This document shows positions 1-14,600 of a stretch of DNA of 64,000 bases, piece after piece. The DNA is taken from assembly GCA_002633005.1 (NCBI GenBank), contig NMRA01000124.1, forward strand, positions 301,032-365,031, given 5' to 3'. A program made the position numbers and the translations under genes. This DNA is from Phoronis australis. Taxonomy: Eukaryota > Animalia > Phoronida. The notes beneath the pieces are model-generated. The model worked only from the letters and a program-made list of their open reading frames with translations, ran no database searches and was not told where the DNA came from. The first letter of the stretch is position 1, and every line of letters begins with the position of its first letter.

Positions 1-229
1 GCCTCCTGAAACGTCACTTCCGGAAAAGCGGACGAATAATTAATAAAATTACGAAAAGCTGTAATTAAGTGAAAAATATGTCTAGGATAACCAACCAACC
101 TTATTTTAGCTCAAAAAGACATGGAAAAAGGTTGCCTTCGCCTTTAATGGAGCGCGATTCTAGATTAGATCGTGGTAGTGAAAATTTCTTGGTTCTTACA
201 CTCCAGAAGAATGATACGTGATGTTTTTC

Positions 230-887
230 TCCGTTTTCTTCTGTTTTTCTGAAGTTACTTGACGGATATTTATGAGACGTAGCTTTCTTTTAATGAAATG
301 ATGACATACCCGTTTTCGGATGGATTCGACGTATTTTGCGCCATCTAGTGGCCATATTTACTATTTTCGAGTCTGTTTTTGGCGTCCAGCTCTCTATCAA
401 CCAAACCGCTCTAAGGATGATTGTGAAAATTGGCATACATATGTTCTTAGCGTGAAGAGAACAGTTGACGATGATTTTCCGATGTCTTCGAATATTGTGG
501 CGCCTACTAGTAGCGGTTTTGTTTTTGTTTTTGTTTATGCTTCTGTAGCTGTATCTCTTAAACCCATTGCAGGATCTTTGTTAAATTTAGCAAGTGTATA
601 CAAGTTGACAACGGATGACGACTTTCAAACGGATCCGATCAGCTCTGTGCCCCCTAGTGGCAATTCCATTTTTCTTCTGTTTCTCTGAAGTTCCTTGACG
701 GATTTTTATGAAATGTAGTAAATAGCTTTCTATTAAAGAAACGATGACATGTTGCCGTTTTTGGATGGATTTGATGTATTTGGTGCCATCTAGTGTCCGT
801 TTCTAGAATACAAATAAACATCCCCAGAAGCACACAGTTTGCGGTGCATTCGTGGGCGCATTTCAACGCTCTGCGTTGTTCTTGTTT
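230..887 (+). mobile_element. DINE-1/HINE-like non-autonomous Helentron copy (5' truncated)
   Basis: Shares long blocks (e.g. CTCTATCAACCAAAC...GATGATTGTGAAAATTGG) with 51740-52606 and, reversed, 31553-31870. Ends with subterminal IR GTGGGCGCAT (852-861), hairpin CAACGC-TCT-GCGTTG and CTTGTT. 5' boundary approximate. Confidence 0.65.
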
Positions 888-2893
888 GCTCAATCAGGGC
901 TTTCCATAAACCCCTACTGCTTGCAAGCGGGATGTTGAAATTTAGCAGGAAATTCAGGTACCCTCAGACACTAGCCTTGTTTAGTGAAAAATCTGGTTGT
1001 TTGACACTCACTTTTCACCCAATTTCTGTAAACTGGAAAGATTCAGGACAGTCTGAATGCACTTTCTCTCAGTTGCGAGAAGTCGCGTGCAAACTGTGGT
1101 TTTGTGATGAAAACCAATGATTTCGTTTGTGTATTATTATTAGTTTTTTAAAGGACACGAAACCCTTTTTTAGGATTTCGACCAATCCTCGTTCTGTCAG
1201 CTGCTAATGCACCATTGAAATCCCACTTGATTGATAAAAGCAGGTTTCAAATAAAACTCGTACTTCTTTTGTCACTGACAGACAGGATATTATGGCACTT
1301 GGTACGTGGAACGTCTTTTCCTACAGGTGTCGCATAACTCGCCTAAAGTGTAGATCACGCTTGCCCGTTTAGCAGACTTGGCTGAGAGATTTTCAGCTTT
1401 TCAGCTCGAAACCTTTGAGGGTTGTCGGGTTACGTAGCATTATTTTGTTTCAGAGGATTAGATGGGAACGTCGTTTTTGATATCTGTTAATAGGCCAACG
1501 CGGTGCCCTCGTCCGGTAGTTGCACGAAGTCGACTGCTCGATGAAGGCTGTCTCAGTGGAACGAGGCTAGCCTCAACTTTACGCTCGTAAGTTTATATTC
1601 GTTATAATTTTACGCTCGTATTTTACGCATGTTATGAAGTGTTCAGAAAGTAAAAAGTATGGAAGTGCAAAAGGTTGAAAAAAAATCGAAAACTGAGACA
1701 GAAGATTTTTTTACCTAGCCACCTCAAGCATTTGAAAGTGATCCGTTTTAGTAAATATTCTGGTGTCAAAATATATATCTAGGAGGTTGTCTGACAATGC
1801 TTTTATTTTATTTGTTAAAATTATTGTGCTTTTTCAATATTTAGGCCAAGTTTCATTCTCTTAATATTAACAGTGCGTGCCGAGATGACATGTGGCATTG
1901 CAAAAACATACTAGGTTCAAAACAGTTTCGGGGGTAATGTAGAAGAACTTCTAAATGTTGGTGGTAAATCGCTCATTCTTTATTCAAGATATTTGAAAAA
2001 CAAGCCACTTTCACAACAAAACAATATCAACTGCGTATTAGTTTAATCGCTGGTGTTCTCGTGGACTACTTGCTACAATTACGAACGTAAAATTACAAAC
2101 AATAATGTACGAGCGTAAAACTTCCTGACGCGGCCTTCAAATCAATTACTCACTGGTTATAACGATTACGGTCGTAAAACACGAGCGTAGCCTAATTACG
2201 GGCGACACTTTCCTCCGAACGGCCCACGATATACTATATACAGCAATGATATTCTCAAAGCAGGATCGGAGCTAAGGAACATACCATAAAACCCTGAAAC
2301 CTGTTTGTGTGGAAGTACAGGATAAGCCAAAAGAATCAAATATCGTGTCCCGTCATGACGATCAATGTCCGCTTGACTCGTGTCTTAGGCCACAGTAGAG
2401 GCCTGTGTAGCTCCCGCAATGAAAGGAATAAAATGGGGGTGGGTCGAGTTTGACGGCAGTTTTGTGGATTATATGGGAAGTGATTGTCACAAATGGTATT
2501 CAGTAGTTCATTGAAGTTGTTTTGAGTAAAGTGAGTTCAGAAATTTGGCCTGTGCTATTGTCTGCTAGGTTACGTAAGTGACACACATCCTTCTTGAGAC
2601 TTGAATTCCTTGCCATGAATCCAGATAACCTTCAAACTAGTGGAAATTGTCAAAAATCTGGTTGGTATATTTCAACCCAAATTTCTGGAATCTAGAGTGA
2701 AAGAGCATTCGGATGGTGGTCTCTTTTCTTGCACCGGGACAGTGGCAAATTTGTTATTTTAATTAAAATATGGCCAAAAACGCACTTCTTTAGTTAGTAT
2801 TGGCACCTCGAATTTTTTCACGGTGGGTGTAGCAAGGTAAAAAGACCAGACTAAGTTGATTTTCTTCATTTTTGGGAAACCCCATGAGTGTAC

Positions 2894-3087
2894 CTTTTGT
2901 CAGTTTCGCCCTTTTTAGGTGTACGAGACAGCTGTGCAAACAAGGGCTTTGATTGGCCCAAGACCATTGGTACTGTGATTTCAGTCCTCGCCATACCGGA
3001 TGTAATTCTCACAGATCCGGCTTCTAATGCCATCAAAATAATCACAGTAACTGCAGTGACCGCATTCCAATGTATACGTTTACTGCC
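2894..3087 (-). CDS. Candidate internal exon of an unidentified gene (hydrophobic, signal/TM-like segment)
   Basis: cctgccgcttag| ... AAAAG|gtacac; 64 open codons GSKRIHWNAVTAVTVIILMALEAGSVRITSG...; no recognised homology. Confidence 0.2.
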
Positions 3088-5069
3088 CTAAGCGGCAGGA
3101 TGTCAATAACTTGATTATCGTCGCACAGTACGATTTATTGCCGTAAGCTAAGTTTTAGAACCGTAAAAAACGTTGTCGGGCATTTTTTTGGTGTTACGTC
3201 GCCCGGGTTTTTGGGGCACGGGTTTTTGGGGCACCCGCATTTTCAAATTCTACTGTAAAAACAACAAGAACAACAAAAAACTCCGTCAGGCATTTTTGTG
3301 TGTTATACGTCCGTTCGGCAAAAAACGCTATCGGTAGTCTTCTGTTTTTTGCAGCGAACATTTCACCCTTACGTTTTGGTTAAGTCCGACATGTCCAGCT
3401 TTTTATCTTGAAGTCCCGCTTTTCAATCCAGTTGCTCCGTTTTTTCGTTCTTGAATGTTAACCGTGACTACTACGCAACAAGTGTTCAAAATAACATTGT
3501 CTCTTTTTATGAATATTGTTATTTTCCAGAGTCCGCTTTCTTTACTAACATAAGGATCGTAAACTGTGTTCCAATGTCTCTTGTTTACGGCAACGTACAC
3601 TACTGAAGAAAATAGTTTAATTTAAACTTTTATGTAAAGTCCTCCACTTCAACCAATGTGATGAGCTATATACAGTACTTTTCAAAGCTAGGTGAGAGAT
3701 GTTTGCCAATTTTTATCTATCAGGAAACCTTTATCTGCAAATTTCGGATAGTGTACTTGGAGTAGTTTATCGCATTTTTCGTAAATATGGCTGCATTCTA
3801 AATTTTTATTGAATGAAGAATGCAACTGTATCAAACGGCACCAAAGGTCTAATTAATTATGTTATAGAAAGATAATTTTGGATGACTGCCTGACTAAATT
3901 ATGTACAGAGTGTGTGAGGGATCCATATTTCAAGTTACCTTTGTCTATATAGGGTAAAAATCTTTTGAATCACTGAAATTGTTTCCATAATGGCTTAATT
4001 AGTCATTTATACAAAGTCTCTGGTTCATTTCCTTGTTTATGTTACTACTACACGTTGTTATTTTTCGCATTTTGTCAACACTCTTGTTTTTTAAATTAAA
4101 AAAAAAATTCTTTAAACCAGTCAGGTAATGCGAATTGATATTTACTTTAATACGACTTAAATTGTTTTTCTTTTCCTTTTGGTATTGTTGTCGCGAAAAT
4201 CGTTTAATGAACGCGAGCAGGAGTTGCGGTGAAGTTAAATTTTAATTCTTCGTTAGTTGTAGTTGCTCGGTTCAACTGTAACATACAAAAACATTCTATG
4301 AGACAATTAACAATGCGTTGGTCGTTTACAAAGTCACAATACTAATATTTAAAATTGCGTGTATACCTACTCAAGCAAACGTCAAACTACTTGAGTCTAA
4401 GGTGATTCGGAAAGGTACTTAGAATACGCGTTGCAACGTTGAAGTTCTGACTATATAACAAAACTAACTATAATATACTTACACCAATTTGCTGCACAAA
4501 TCACGACGAAACTGTGAGATAGTAAACTTATCGGTAATGGCATTGAAATTAAAATGAGACAAATTGGCGTGTTACATCTACAAACCATGGCCACATGCAA
4601 AATACTATTGAAGAATATAGTCATGTGGGAAAATAGAAGCCGCATCACAAACACAAAAATCACCAACAGATGGCGAATAAAGTCAAACTACTTACTGAGT
4701 GCGTCGGAACTTACAGGTGTAATTATCAAGAACTGCCAAAGGGCTTTCCGATGATATGGCTCTTATGCAGTCAGATTGGAAAATCCCGCAGTTACGAAAA
4801 GTAAAGTCTGTAGCATGTATACACCCCGCAACAAACGAATGCAACGCTAACATATAAGGATCGGTATTTCGATTGTTTGTTGAATCCGAAAAAAGAAGAA
4901 GAACCAACTCTCTTGCATGCGCGGCCCAACACCAGAGGGCGCGAGATTGGAATTGGCATTTCAGGGCTAGAGTTCTATGAAATTTCATAACATTTTTCCA
5001 CCATCTGTAATTATTTAATTATTTAATTTGCACGTTTTTCGACAACAGTTGTCAAAAGCATTCGCCACC

Positions 5070-5218
5070 ACGAGCGGCGCACCCGAGAGGGCTGTGGTGC
5101 TATAGTCTCACTTATTTCAGTGCTGCACCGCTCATGGTATCATGGGCGGCGTACCATAGGGGGGCTGGGGGGACTATCATAGCCCCCCGCCACTTATTTC
5201 AGTGCTGCGCCGCCCATG
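5070..5218. mobile_element. Two adjacent short TIR (CATGGGCGGCG...CGCCGCCCATG) MITE-like elements
   Basis: Terminal inverted repeats plus shared core CACTTATTTCAGTGCTGC; related copies at 23818-23930 and 28687-28720. Confidence 0.6.
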
Positions 5219-6418
5219 AGTGCGCAAGTCTGACAGCAATTCGATTTCTCGGCTGTTCCTAGTTGCGATTTTTTTTAATAACTGCTGAAGATATTGCATA
5301 AAATTATCGATATCAACCTGGACTAGAGCATCCAGGTATTCTGTGCAAGTTTCAGAGTAAGAGGTAAATCAGTTTCGCCGTGCTTATTCATTTTATCGTG
5401 AGGGCGATCAGTATATTTGTTTTGCTCAGTGGTAAGAGGTTTTATTTTTATCGTGACCTCACTCATGAACATTATATTAAAGATAAAATCCGTTTTTATT
5501 GCTCTAGCGAGAGTTGCGACAAGTACAAAAACATTTTGAAAGAACTCTACTCACAGGATACATATATTAGACCTGCAGCCCAGCGCACTTGGCACAGATC
5601 TGAACGAGGTACCAGCATGTGATTACAGTGGAGTGCATCCCCGTCGAATGCACATAAATGCATATCTTAGGTGTCTCCTCTCCGGGTGAGGCCCCAGCTG
5701 GGAACCTCCCAGGGTGGGGGGAGGGGCAAAAGTGACTGAGCTTGATTAGATATTTGATGTAAAATGAATCATCGTGCCACACTGAGCGCCGAGTGGCCGA
5801 ATGTCGTATGATATATACTTGCACTCTAGAAAACGCCCGTCAGTAAAACTCGCATCATGGAAAGTTTAACTTCTCGCAAAAAGGGAAAAGCTATATTCGT
5901 ATGAGGGAAACCCAATCCCTTCCCCCCTTATCACTTCACAGTTTATTTTGGAGACGCGCCGGCCAAAACCGGTTTAAAACTAAAACGACTGTCAATGAGC
6001 ACCGAATGACCCGTGGCACGGAAGAAATTAGGGTAATGACCCAGAAACCCCAGAAGGACCCGCCCGGCCCATACTTGAGCTAGCTCAAACATTCGAGGTA
6101 CTACAAAAACAATTTCTTATTATTCAATGCAATAGTGACACTAAACGGTATATGACGGAAAAACGCTGTTTGGACTCCCAAACGTCTCACCAACGAAATG
6201 CTCACGGTTAAATTTTTGACCTAGATTGAGGTACTGGCCAAACGGATTTTTAAAAAATGTAAAAGCAGTTAACCCTTAATACCGAATAACCCATTTATGG
6301 AAAATTGCAGTCTGGAAAGGTCCCGTCGGAGACTAAGGAGGGCCTCCCATGATGGTGCTTGTTCAACTTAAGCCACTAGCTGCTTAATTGCCGTCTGCTG
6401 TCACTAGAAATCAGCCAT

Positions 6419-6568
6419 CATGGTACTGAGACAAGCAGACTACGTCATGGTACTGAGACAAGCAGACTACGCCATGGTTAGGGGGTACTGAGACAAGCAG
6501 ACTACGCCATGGTACTGAGACAAGTAGACTACGTCATGGTACTGAGACAAGCAGACTACGCCATGGTA
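6419..6568. repeat. 27-bp tandem repeat (CATGGTACTGAGACAAGCAGACTACGY) running into assembly gap
   Basis: About 5 near-identical copies visible directly before the N run. Confidence 0.9.
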
Positions 6569-6756
6569 NNNNNNNNNNNNNNNNNNNNNNNNNNNNNNNN
6601 NNNNNNNNNNNNNNNNNNNNNNNNNNNNNNNNNNNNNNNNNNNNNNNNNNNNNNNNNNNNNNNNNNNNNNNNNNNNNNNNNNNNNNNNNNNNNNNNNNNN
6701 NNNNNNNNNNNNNNNNNNNNNNNNNNNNNNNNNNNNNNNNNNNNNNNNNNNNNNNN
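6569..6756. other. Assembly gap (N run)
   Basis: Ns in sequence. Confidence 1.
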
Positions 6757-8184
6757 GGGGGGGTCAGAGGCTGTGTGAGTGCATATTGTTCTCACATCAG
6801 CATACATGAGTATAAAAATAAATATCTGACACTTTGTACAGTTCCTGATGGGACAACTGTTTTGATAAAATATGTGTTCTGCACTTATATCGGAATCGTA
6901 TGAAACATATATTTGGAAGAAGTCCTGATAAAATGCTTTTAATCAATTATATCTCATTGTCCAATTTTGTCTCTTATAGATAGAGTATATTTGTTTGTTG
7001 CGCTACAATTGATGAAAATATTCATATTCAACGTTGTATTGATTACATGCTTTATTGAAATCATGACATACATGATTTGCTTGTGCAGACTCACTTTCAA
7101 TCAAGAACAACTTTGAGGCATATTTCTGGCATAACACGACACATTACCATTAGCAATCGTTCTCTAATGATTTTAACTCTACATTTCAGACTGCTAATTT
7201 TCACCCGGTTATTTACACCAGTGGAATATGGTTAACACTTTTCAACTTGTAAAGGATAAACAAAAAATATTGTGTCCAAAATTATGGCCGTTACCGGCGG
7301 GGTACAGGTCACACGGTAGTCCTCGTGGTCACTAACCGACTAAACACCGAAGATGAAACCTGTCACCGTAGTAACTAGGCTTTACAATTCCGGCAACTGT
7401 AATGTTCCCGTCCTCTCCTTATTTGCTGCCTCCGACCATAGAAGTTGCAACTTTGTTCTCCAGGCCGGCGACCTATTGCAGACGTGCGCGATCAATAAGT
7501 GGATAAAATTTACTTTTAGGGTGTGTATAAACCCCGAAAAATTTTTCCGTTGGTTTTAGTGTTATATCCGTTTGTTAAATAAGCATGTCGTTTGCTCATC
7601 CTTGTCTTCAGCTGGTATTCGCGTTAATCACGACGTAAACGGATTCGGATTTCTTGCGTAAGTAGCCAAACTTGACAATTATTGCACAAAACTGCGCGAT
7701 TTGTACTAAATTTAAAGAAGTTAAAAGTTGGTGCCTAAGACATTCAGCAAATTTTTGAACTTGCAACAAAAAGCACAACATTATCCTTCAGTTGTTAGTG
7801 TGACCACGACCCGTAGGTGACTTGACTATCTCAGTGGTGGACGACCTGTGTCCTATCTGGCGCAGCGCCACCTCTTCTAAAGTACCCTGGTGTGGGGCAT
7901 GGCTCCTTTGGCCTCCCTCTAAATCCGCAACTGGGCACCCTTGGTGGCTTGTAGTCATGAAGCATACAGTGAAGTTAATCTGATATGGTTTTGCCAGGAC
8001 CACTCACTAAGTCATTATATATTGAATGCACCAAGGAACGCTGAGCCAGAAAAAGTTGTAAAGCAGAATTCGGCGAACCCATGTTTTTGAACAACCTAGG
8101 TCTCCCTTTTTTCCTTGGTAATGAGTTTGTGACAAACATATTTTATCGTTGGTACATATATCGATCACAAATAACTGCACTCAC

Positions 8185-8676
8185 CTGATTCCTTTGAGAG
8201 ATGAGCACTTCTCAAAATCAATCAAATGGACCACAGGATTATCTGACGATGTTGCGTCCACCATGATGTTGGCGTCCATGATGTCATTTATTAGGTAACC
8301 AGCGTTATGGCATCTTCTCACAGCTACAGTGATTAGAAGAGCCAGTCTAGTTACAAATATTGGGCTGTACACGCCCAGTTCGTCCAGGTCATCGAGCCGC
8401 ACTGACTGGTGAAGATGTTGCATGATTAAGGAGACAGAAGCATCGTTGTTGGCATCCCTAACAGTTATCATACCGTAGACCTGAGGCACAAACCCTGTTT
8501 GAAAAAGGTTTGCATATGCATTGTATTCTTGCTCAATGCCAATTCCGTTGTCTTTATAGTGTTTAAGGCAAGCGGCAATCACGCTGCCGTCGCGGAGAAT
8601 CAACTGCCCTGCATAGACGTCTGACGAAACCCCCGAGCCGATGATGCACTGTCGCCCTGAGGGTTGGCGGGAGAAG
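8185..8676 (-). CDS. Kinase-domain exon (subdomains I-VII)
   Basis: Gly-rich loop, beta3 Lys, alphaC Glu, catalytic D..N and DFE, flanked by canonical AG/GT sites. Confidence 0.8.
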
Positions 8677-11600
8677 CTGAAAACGAAATGCAGGAAATGG
8701 GTAATATTTCGTGGCTGTAATCCAGTGAAAAAATCTTACAAGAAGACATCTTGTAACTGGGATTAATGACGCGAGAGGAAATGTATGGCACTGTTTAGTT
8801 CCTGTTAAAACTACGCCAAGGGCTCGGTTGGGACAGGCGATCGACAAAACGCTGGATTAGTTCTTGTGAAAATTTCACTCGTACATGAACTTGTCTGAAT
8901 TCATTTTTGTGCAAATGTACGACGTAGCTTGGAGTATTCTTCATTAGCCAGACCAAGAAAATGTTACTCGGTATAACCTCAGCGATCAGTTTTGCAAATG
9001 CCGGGTTGAGGGGGTCGTAGGTTGAAGGATCGTGGGTTGAAGGGGAAGCGGAAAGAAGAGGCTTCGGTGTAGGGCCTTTGGAATTCTAATCCGTTAGAAT
9101 CCGTTTATTTACATTGTCAGCCTCATTTCCACGAAGTCTGCCCATTGTCTATATTTATACTATAAACTCTATAGATAGAAAGAAAAAAAGAGTTTTAAAG
9201 CTTTTTTCTTTGTATCTAGAGCTTACAAGCTAGCTATTGCAATTAAACTTTCTAGACAGTCACAGTTGTTACCATCACGGATCAAAGACCGAGGATAAAA
9301 GTTTCAATGCCCTAACAACGCGGGAGAATTTCTGTGGCGATAGCATGGACTTATGAATAGTTCTGACACCCACCATTGTTACCGTTGCAACATTCCACAA
9401 GCCTGAAGCCGACATTACGAGAGCTTATGCCACGTGCAACAACATACAGACTCTCAACGAAGTGGTATTGATCATATTCCATTGAAACTGTCAGAATGGG
9501 TAATGGGAAGCAAACAAACTGTTGCGCGCAGCACGTTCAGACATTAAGCACTGGTATTTCAAGCTTCATCGTTTTAAACATGCAGACGACGTAGGCACCA
9601 AGAGTTGTTGTTTGGCGTTGTCCTCATATGGTCAAACTTAAGATTATGAATGTGCTATTTCATACTTGCAGCACGGTGTTGAACAGTACTTCTATTCAAT
9701 TCGACTGCATTTGCAAGTTTCCACGGTCCACCGGTGCTATATCTCTATACTAATAGTAGGACAGCGGTGTAGGAATTTTGAAATAAAGTACACAAAGCAA
9801 AATGGCCGACACGTTGCTTAGGTCTTCTATAGGCTCATTGCAACAGACAAAGTGATTTAATTTCACTGCTCATACTCAGCAAGTCTACCAACACGTTTGA
9901 TGAATTTTGTAAATATTTTGGTGTTTTGTTGTCTATGACAGTTTTCACTGAAGCTGATTTATTCCTTTCACTTACCAAAGCATTAAAAAAGAATGCTTTG
10001 GTAAGTGAAACACCAACGACATGATGTTCTGGTGTTTCATATTCCATCCAGTATTTCGGGCAGCAGGAGTCTGTTGCTCGACCTATTGTTTTCTAATGTT
10101 TCTGTAGATCACAGTGACCTGTTACCACCTGGATTATCATTTGCAGTTGTGACCTGGCCAGACGCAAAACCTTGGTAGTAAAACTGGGAATTACCCAGCT
10201 CACCGCCTCTTTTTATCTTCTACAGTCACTTCTGTTAGTCCAAGATGTTTTCCATCGTTCTAATGACTAGTCCCTTATTCCCAAAAACGAAGGAGCCATA
10301 AAGGACAGATAGTATTGGTTGATGTCCTTGAAAATCGATCAGCTGTCTCTTCACCTTGGATACTAGTTACTTGTTCAGGGCTCCAAGCAATTATGATACG
10401 ATTATATTTACCTAAATGCTTATATGTGATTTCACATGGACTATCATGGAGAATTAAGTTTCTTGAATTGTCTACGAGGCTACGTTTTGTAAATCAAATG
10501 GGTACGTTCCATAATTTGTCAATTTTCATTAGATGCTATTGTGAAGTTGAGTTATTGGATACTATTAAAAATGAAATGAAATAAAACAAAATAAAAATAT
10601 TTGTGAAAAGTCATGTTCATGAAACTGCGATTTCTTCATTCTGTATTCTATAATCCTGTCATAAATGCGACTGATAGTGAAGTTCATTAAATGCTTTCAT
10701 CAGCCACAGGCACTTGTCCTCTTTAGTTCCCCGTACATTGTTGATATGCTTTTACAACTCAAGTGTACGTAAAACCACGATTTACATTGTCGGAGCTACC
10801 CGATTGTGCTTTACTTTTTCCAAGTTCGCGAGAAAGCAGGTTTGGAATTTTCGGGTAATTTCTCTAGGTGTGCTCCGGAATTCCCTGGGAATTATTGGCG
10901 GTCACGCAGACATTCAATAAGTTGCTCTGTATGTAATGTCCTTGCTTTATTGTATAGTGTTAGGGATTGGTGTTAACATCATATCCTAACAGGACCTCAT
11001 TAGATACCTCGATATCACTTATCAATTTGAAAAAGAACAATCCAAATTTAAAATTTAATTTCTATAAAAATTCAAAATTGATTTGGACAACCCCCCTCAA
11101 TCAGTTTTACACAATTTCTGGGAAATTAACAACTGTTTTGTCGCATTTTAACGTATTTTTAGATGTATTTTATAAAAGAATTGTTCAGGTTGTAAGCTTT
11201 CCAAGCACTGTGTTTTAATGTTGAAGTTTACCTACATATATTACCAATTCGGTCCCTGATGATAACATATTTCTAGGGGCACTAGAGTCCATTGAAATAT
11301 ATCGCATGATTTACCTACCGTTTCTCAGGCATTTCTAATAGCTTGCGATTTCAAATTAAATTTAACTTGTTAAATGCATTTATCGTCATTATTGTGACAT
11401 TTGTCTCTTTATTTTGATACCTGTCCTTAGGGTTTATTTTGCATTAATCATCTCTATTTATAGCCGTAAGGGCCTACTTTTGTATTCTTTGTTCAGTTCA
11501 ACGTGGTCTCTCTCATTCAGCCACCTACCTCGTCGTCTTCAATACCTACGCTCGTTCTCTGCATTTTAAATGTGTATCGCTAGATTTCACTGAGTGAGCG

Positions 11601-14600
11601 AATTTTTCGTCACCAAACTAATTTATCGAAAAGCGCTCAGTCATATCCGTGAACCAACTGTCACGAATGAAGTCGGCAATAAACTTACAGTAGGCCTATG
11701 TGTTACTGTCAGTGGAGGAGTCACTGTGAGTGGGGATTTTTCAAACCTGGGGCAACAGGAAGGCGCTCAGGGGCCTGTGGACCTGCCAGCTGAGGACGTT
11801 ATGGGTCAGGTTTGAAACGCCTGAGGAAGTTGATGACATCACAGTTTGGAACTCAGCAGCTAACACAAAAAGAAGGTGTATACCACTGGAGGCAGTGTGT
11901 TCAGAGTTTTGCAGGGAGATCATAGTCGTAAACTAAAGATGGCTAGCTGAAGAAGCAGAAAACATCCGCAAGTTTATGGCATTTTGTACATGCCCATCTT
12001 GCAGTCTTATTTAGTTTTATCTATTTACGTCATAATAAATGACATTACTCGCAATCCTCCTCTTGTTTTACTCTGCAACTTAGCTCCTGGCGTACCCCGT
12101 GCAAAATAGATTATGATAAATAAACACTAATTATTGATTGACACCTGACCACGAGTCTTCAAATGGCTTTTCATGATGGCGTGGCATAGTTTATTTCCGA
12201 AACATGGCCTTGAGGAATAACGAACTGCCAGTTATTTGCAAACACGGACAACAGACCTGAGCAGAATAAGTATCAACCAATTCATAAGGGCAAGTAGTCC
12301 AACTCAAACGTTCTCTTATCGAGTGGAACCGGTTTTGTAGCCGCTTCAAAACACAAGCAAGGACACTCGTCCAAATTTGCAAACATCGATATTCATAGTT
12401 ACATGTAAGAATTCACAATTTTCGGTGCGATAACATTGGGTCAACTACAACACGTATACGTGTATCTAAGCAGCTTTGGACACAGTCAAGGTAAGTTGGC
12501 TTTCGTTCGCCAAAGCATTATTACAATGTATTGGGCACGTCGGGTCTTAAATCAAATCAACTTACCGAAACATGTCCGGATTGAGTAATTTTACTGAACA
12601 CGGAAACGTGGGCCTATCGAAGCTGACTCGAAGATCTCTCAAAGGTGGGTCTATGTCCAGGGGCGTTATGGCAGTTGACCAATCTCGGTAGCAACCACTA
12701 CCAACGCGAGTCAGCCTTGTCATGCTCCACGGCTCAGCCTCGCACGTTGGGGCTAGGTGGGCTGCAGGGTCTTCAAACATGAGTTGCGAGGTATACGATG
12801 TCGTTGACAACGTTGCCTCCGAGTCTATGAATATTTTTAGCGACATCGATGATGTGAAACTTGTCGTACTTATTGTGCGTTCCTCCGGGTGTACGTTTTT
12901 CTGGCAGCAGTTTAAGGGCACATTTGGTCGTTCACGGGTGTCATAGTATTCCACTCTTACGGGTAATCCTCGAACTAAAATTGTGATAACCCCAATTAGT
13001 CGTCATCGATAAACTTTAAACAAACATTTTCTCCCGAATATTTTCTTTTTTTCCATATTGTGTATGTTTGCACACACGAAGAATAAAAGACCACAAAGTG
13101 CTAAACGAGTTGTACCACTGTGGAAGGATGATGTGAGATGGCTGCACTGATATGTAGCATCCACACATTCTGATTACTTATGTATCTGAGCATAAAAAGA
13201 ACAGGAGGTGGAGAGCACTATTCACTTCACACACTGGTCAGCGTCTGATTGTACCGTTCATGAATATGCAATTAACAGGAATGGTCCCATAACAGGACTC
13301 GACACTCAGAACCATAAGGCTGGCGCAGTGCGACGTAATTCTTGTTAATATTTGACATAAATGCCAATTATGGCTGACACAAATGATTATATCTTATTAA
13401 TTGATTTGTTTGATATAATTCTCGAATAACATCGTGCATTTATAAATCGCTTATTTCAGACACGGGTTATGGCTTCGACTCTGTAGGACAAAAACAACTC
13501 GAGAGCTGGTGCGAAGACACCCACGCCCGCCCGACGCCTCATTCCCATTCGTTCAAGCGACGGATCAGCGCCAGGTTCTGCGGCTACAAAACCCCGGCGG
13601 TTTTTTTTTTCTTTGTCTTGTCGAGTTGAGGCTTCAGTCAGACTATCCCGCGAACACGCTACGTTCTCGAAGCCAAACACAATGCAGGGGTAGTCGTCCG
13701 CGCCGCGGGCCCGCGTTTAGGCCTACTAGGTCGCGTGCTCAGTATTCGGCGGTGAGAGAAATCGAAGAAACGATGTTATCGTTGATAAATGTTCTGAAAT
13801 TTGAGTCAGACTAAGGGGCGACCTCGGTATTTTATGAGCATCCGTTCGCCGCCACGTAGGCTTAATTCGTGTGCTGTGGTCGTGTGCTTCACGGAGACCT
13901 ACCGGCAGCGAAACTGCCACGACGGGACTGTACGAACTCCTCGCTTATTTTACCCGTTAAAAGTACTTTTAGAGACGTAAGTGGCCAAGATCTCAAACTT
14001 TATTCCATTGGCTGTCTTGAGAGCATTGCCATGGATACACGTAATTATATTTTAAGCCCATATTTTACAAAAAGCAAACCGACGCCCATGCAAGTCATGC
14101 CGGGGTTTTCTTTTGTCCCCGTAAGCCTACAACTAGTCGCCGATAGAGTCGAATGTTCAAACGTTTCGTATTTCCCGTTTCAAACATTCGTTTCGGCGTT
14201 CTATACGCTAGTCCTGATGTGGAATTATGGACATAAACAGTTGAAGATCACCACATTTTTGCATTTTGGGTTCAAATTCAATTGTAAACAAAGACGGTCT
14301 CTGTTGTAAACAAGTGTTCGGAGAGTCCCGCATCAGGTCACGTGAGAAACCCCGAGTGCGCGGGTGTGAAAGCCCTGACCTCCACCAGTGACGCATACAT
14401 GTAGTTGGAAACAATCGAAAATGCTTAGCCAGAACAACTGAACTTAAAAACAGGGGTAATTGGGCGAACTCAACAATTACACGGGTTGCTCTTTTTAAGA
14501 ACCACATTGTGACCCTAGCTGGATGCCGGTCTTTTATATCTTTTCAGCTCCAGTCGTCGAACCACTTGCGACAACCTTTCATGCTAGGAGTTTTTCAACA

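Noticed and set aside
320-688. 122-aa ORF and similar ORFs at 31656-31958 and 52027-52305
   Set aside because: Chance ORFs within copies of the HINE-like repeat
6419-6568. CRISPR-like array
   Set aside because: No unique spacers, eukaryotic context; simple tandem repeat
7788-8003. ORF with faint kinase subdomain XI resemblance (HRSSTTEIV)
   Set aside because: No APE or DxWSxG motifs, phase incompatible, and it contains a common GCGGATTTAGAGGG repeat fragment
8600-9145. ATG at 9145 opening a frame that runs to the kinase domain (intronless kinase pseudogene reading)
   Set aside because: Needs two in-frame stops and a frameshift; the spliced model with a strong acceptor at 8677 needs none
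11701-12190. Possible solo LTR (TGTTAC start, AATAAA)
   Set aside because: No matching CA end with target-site duplication identified
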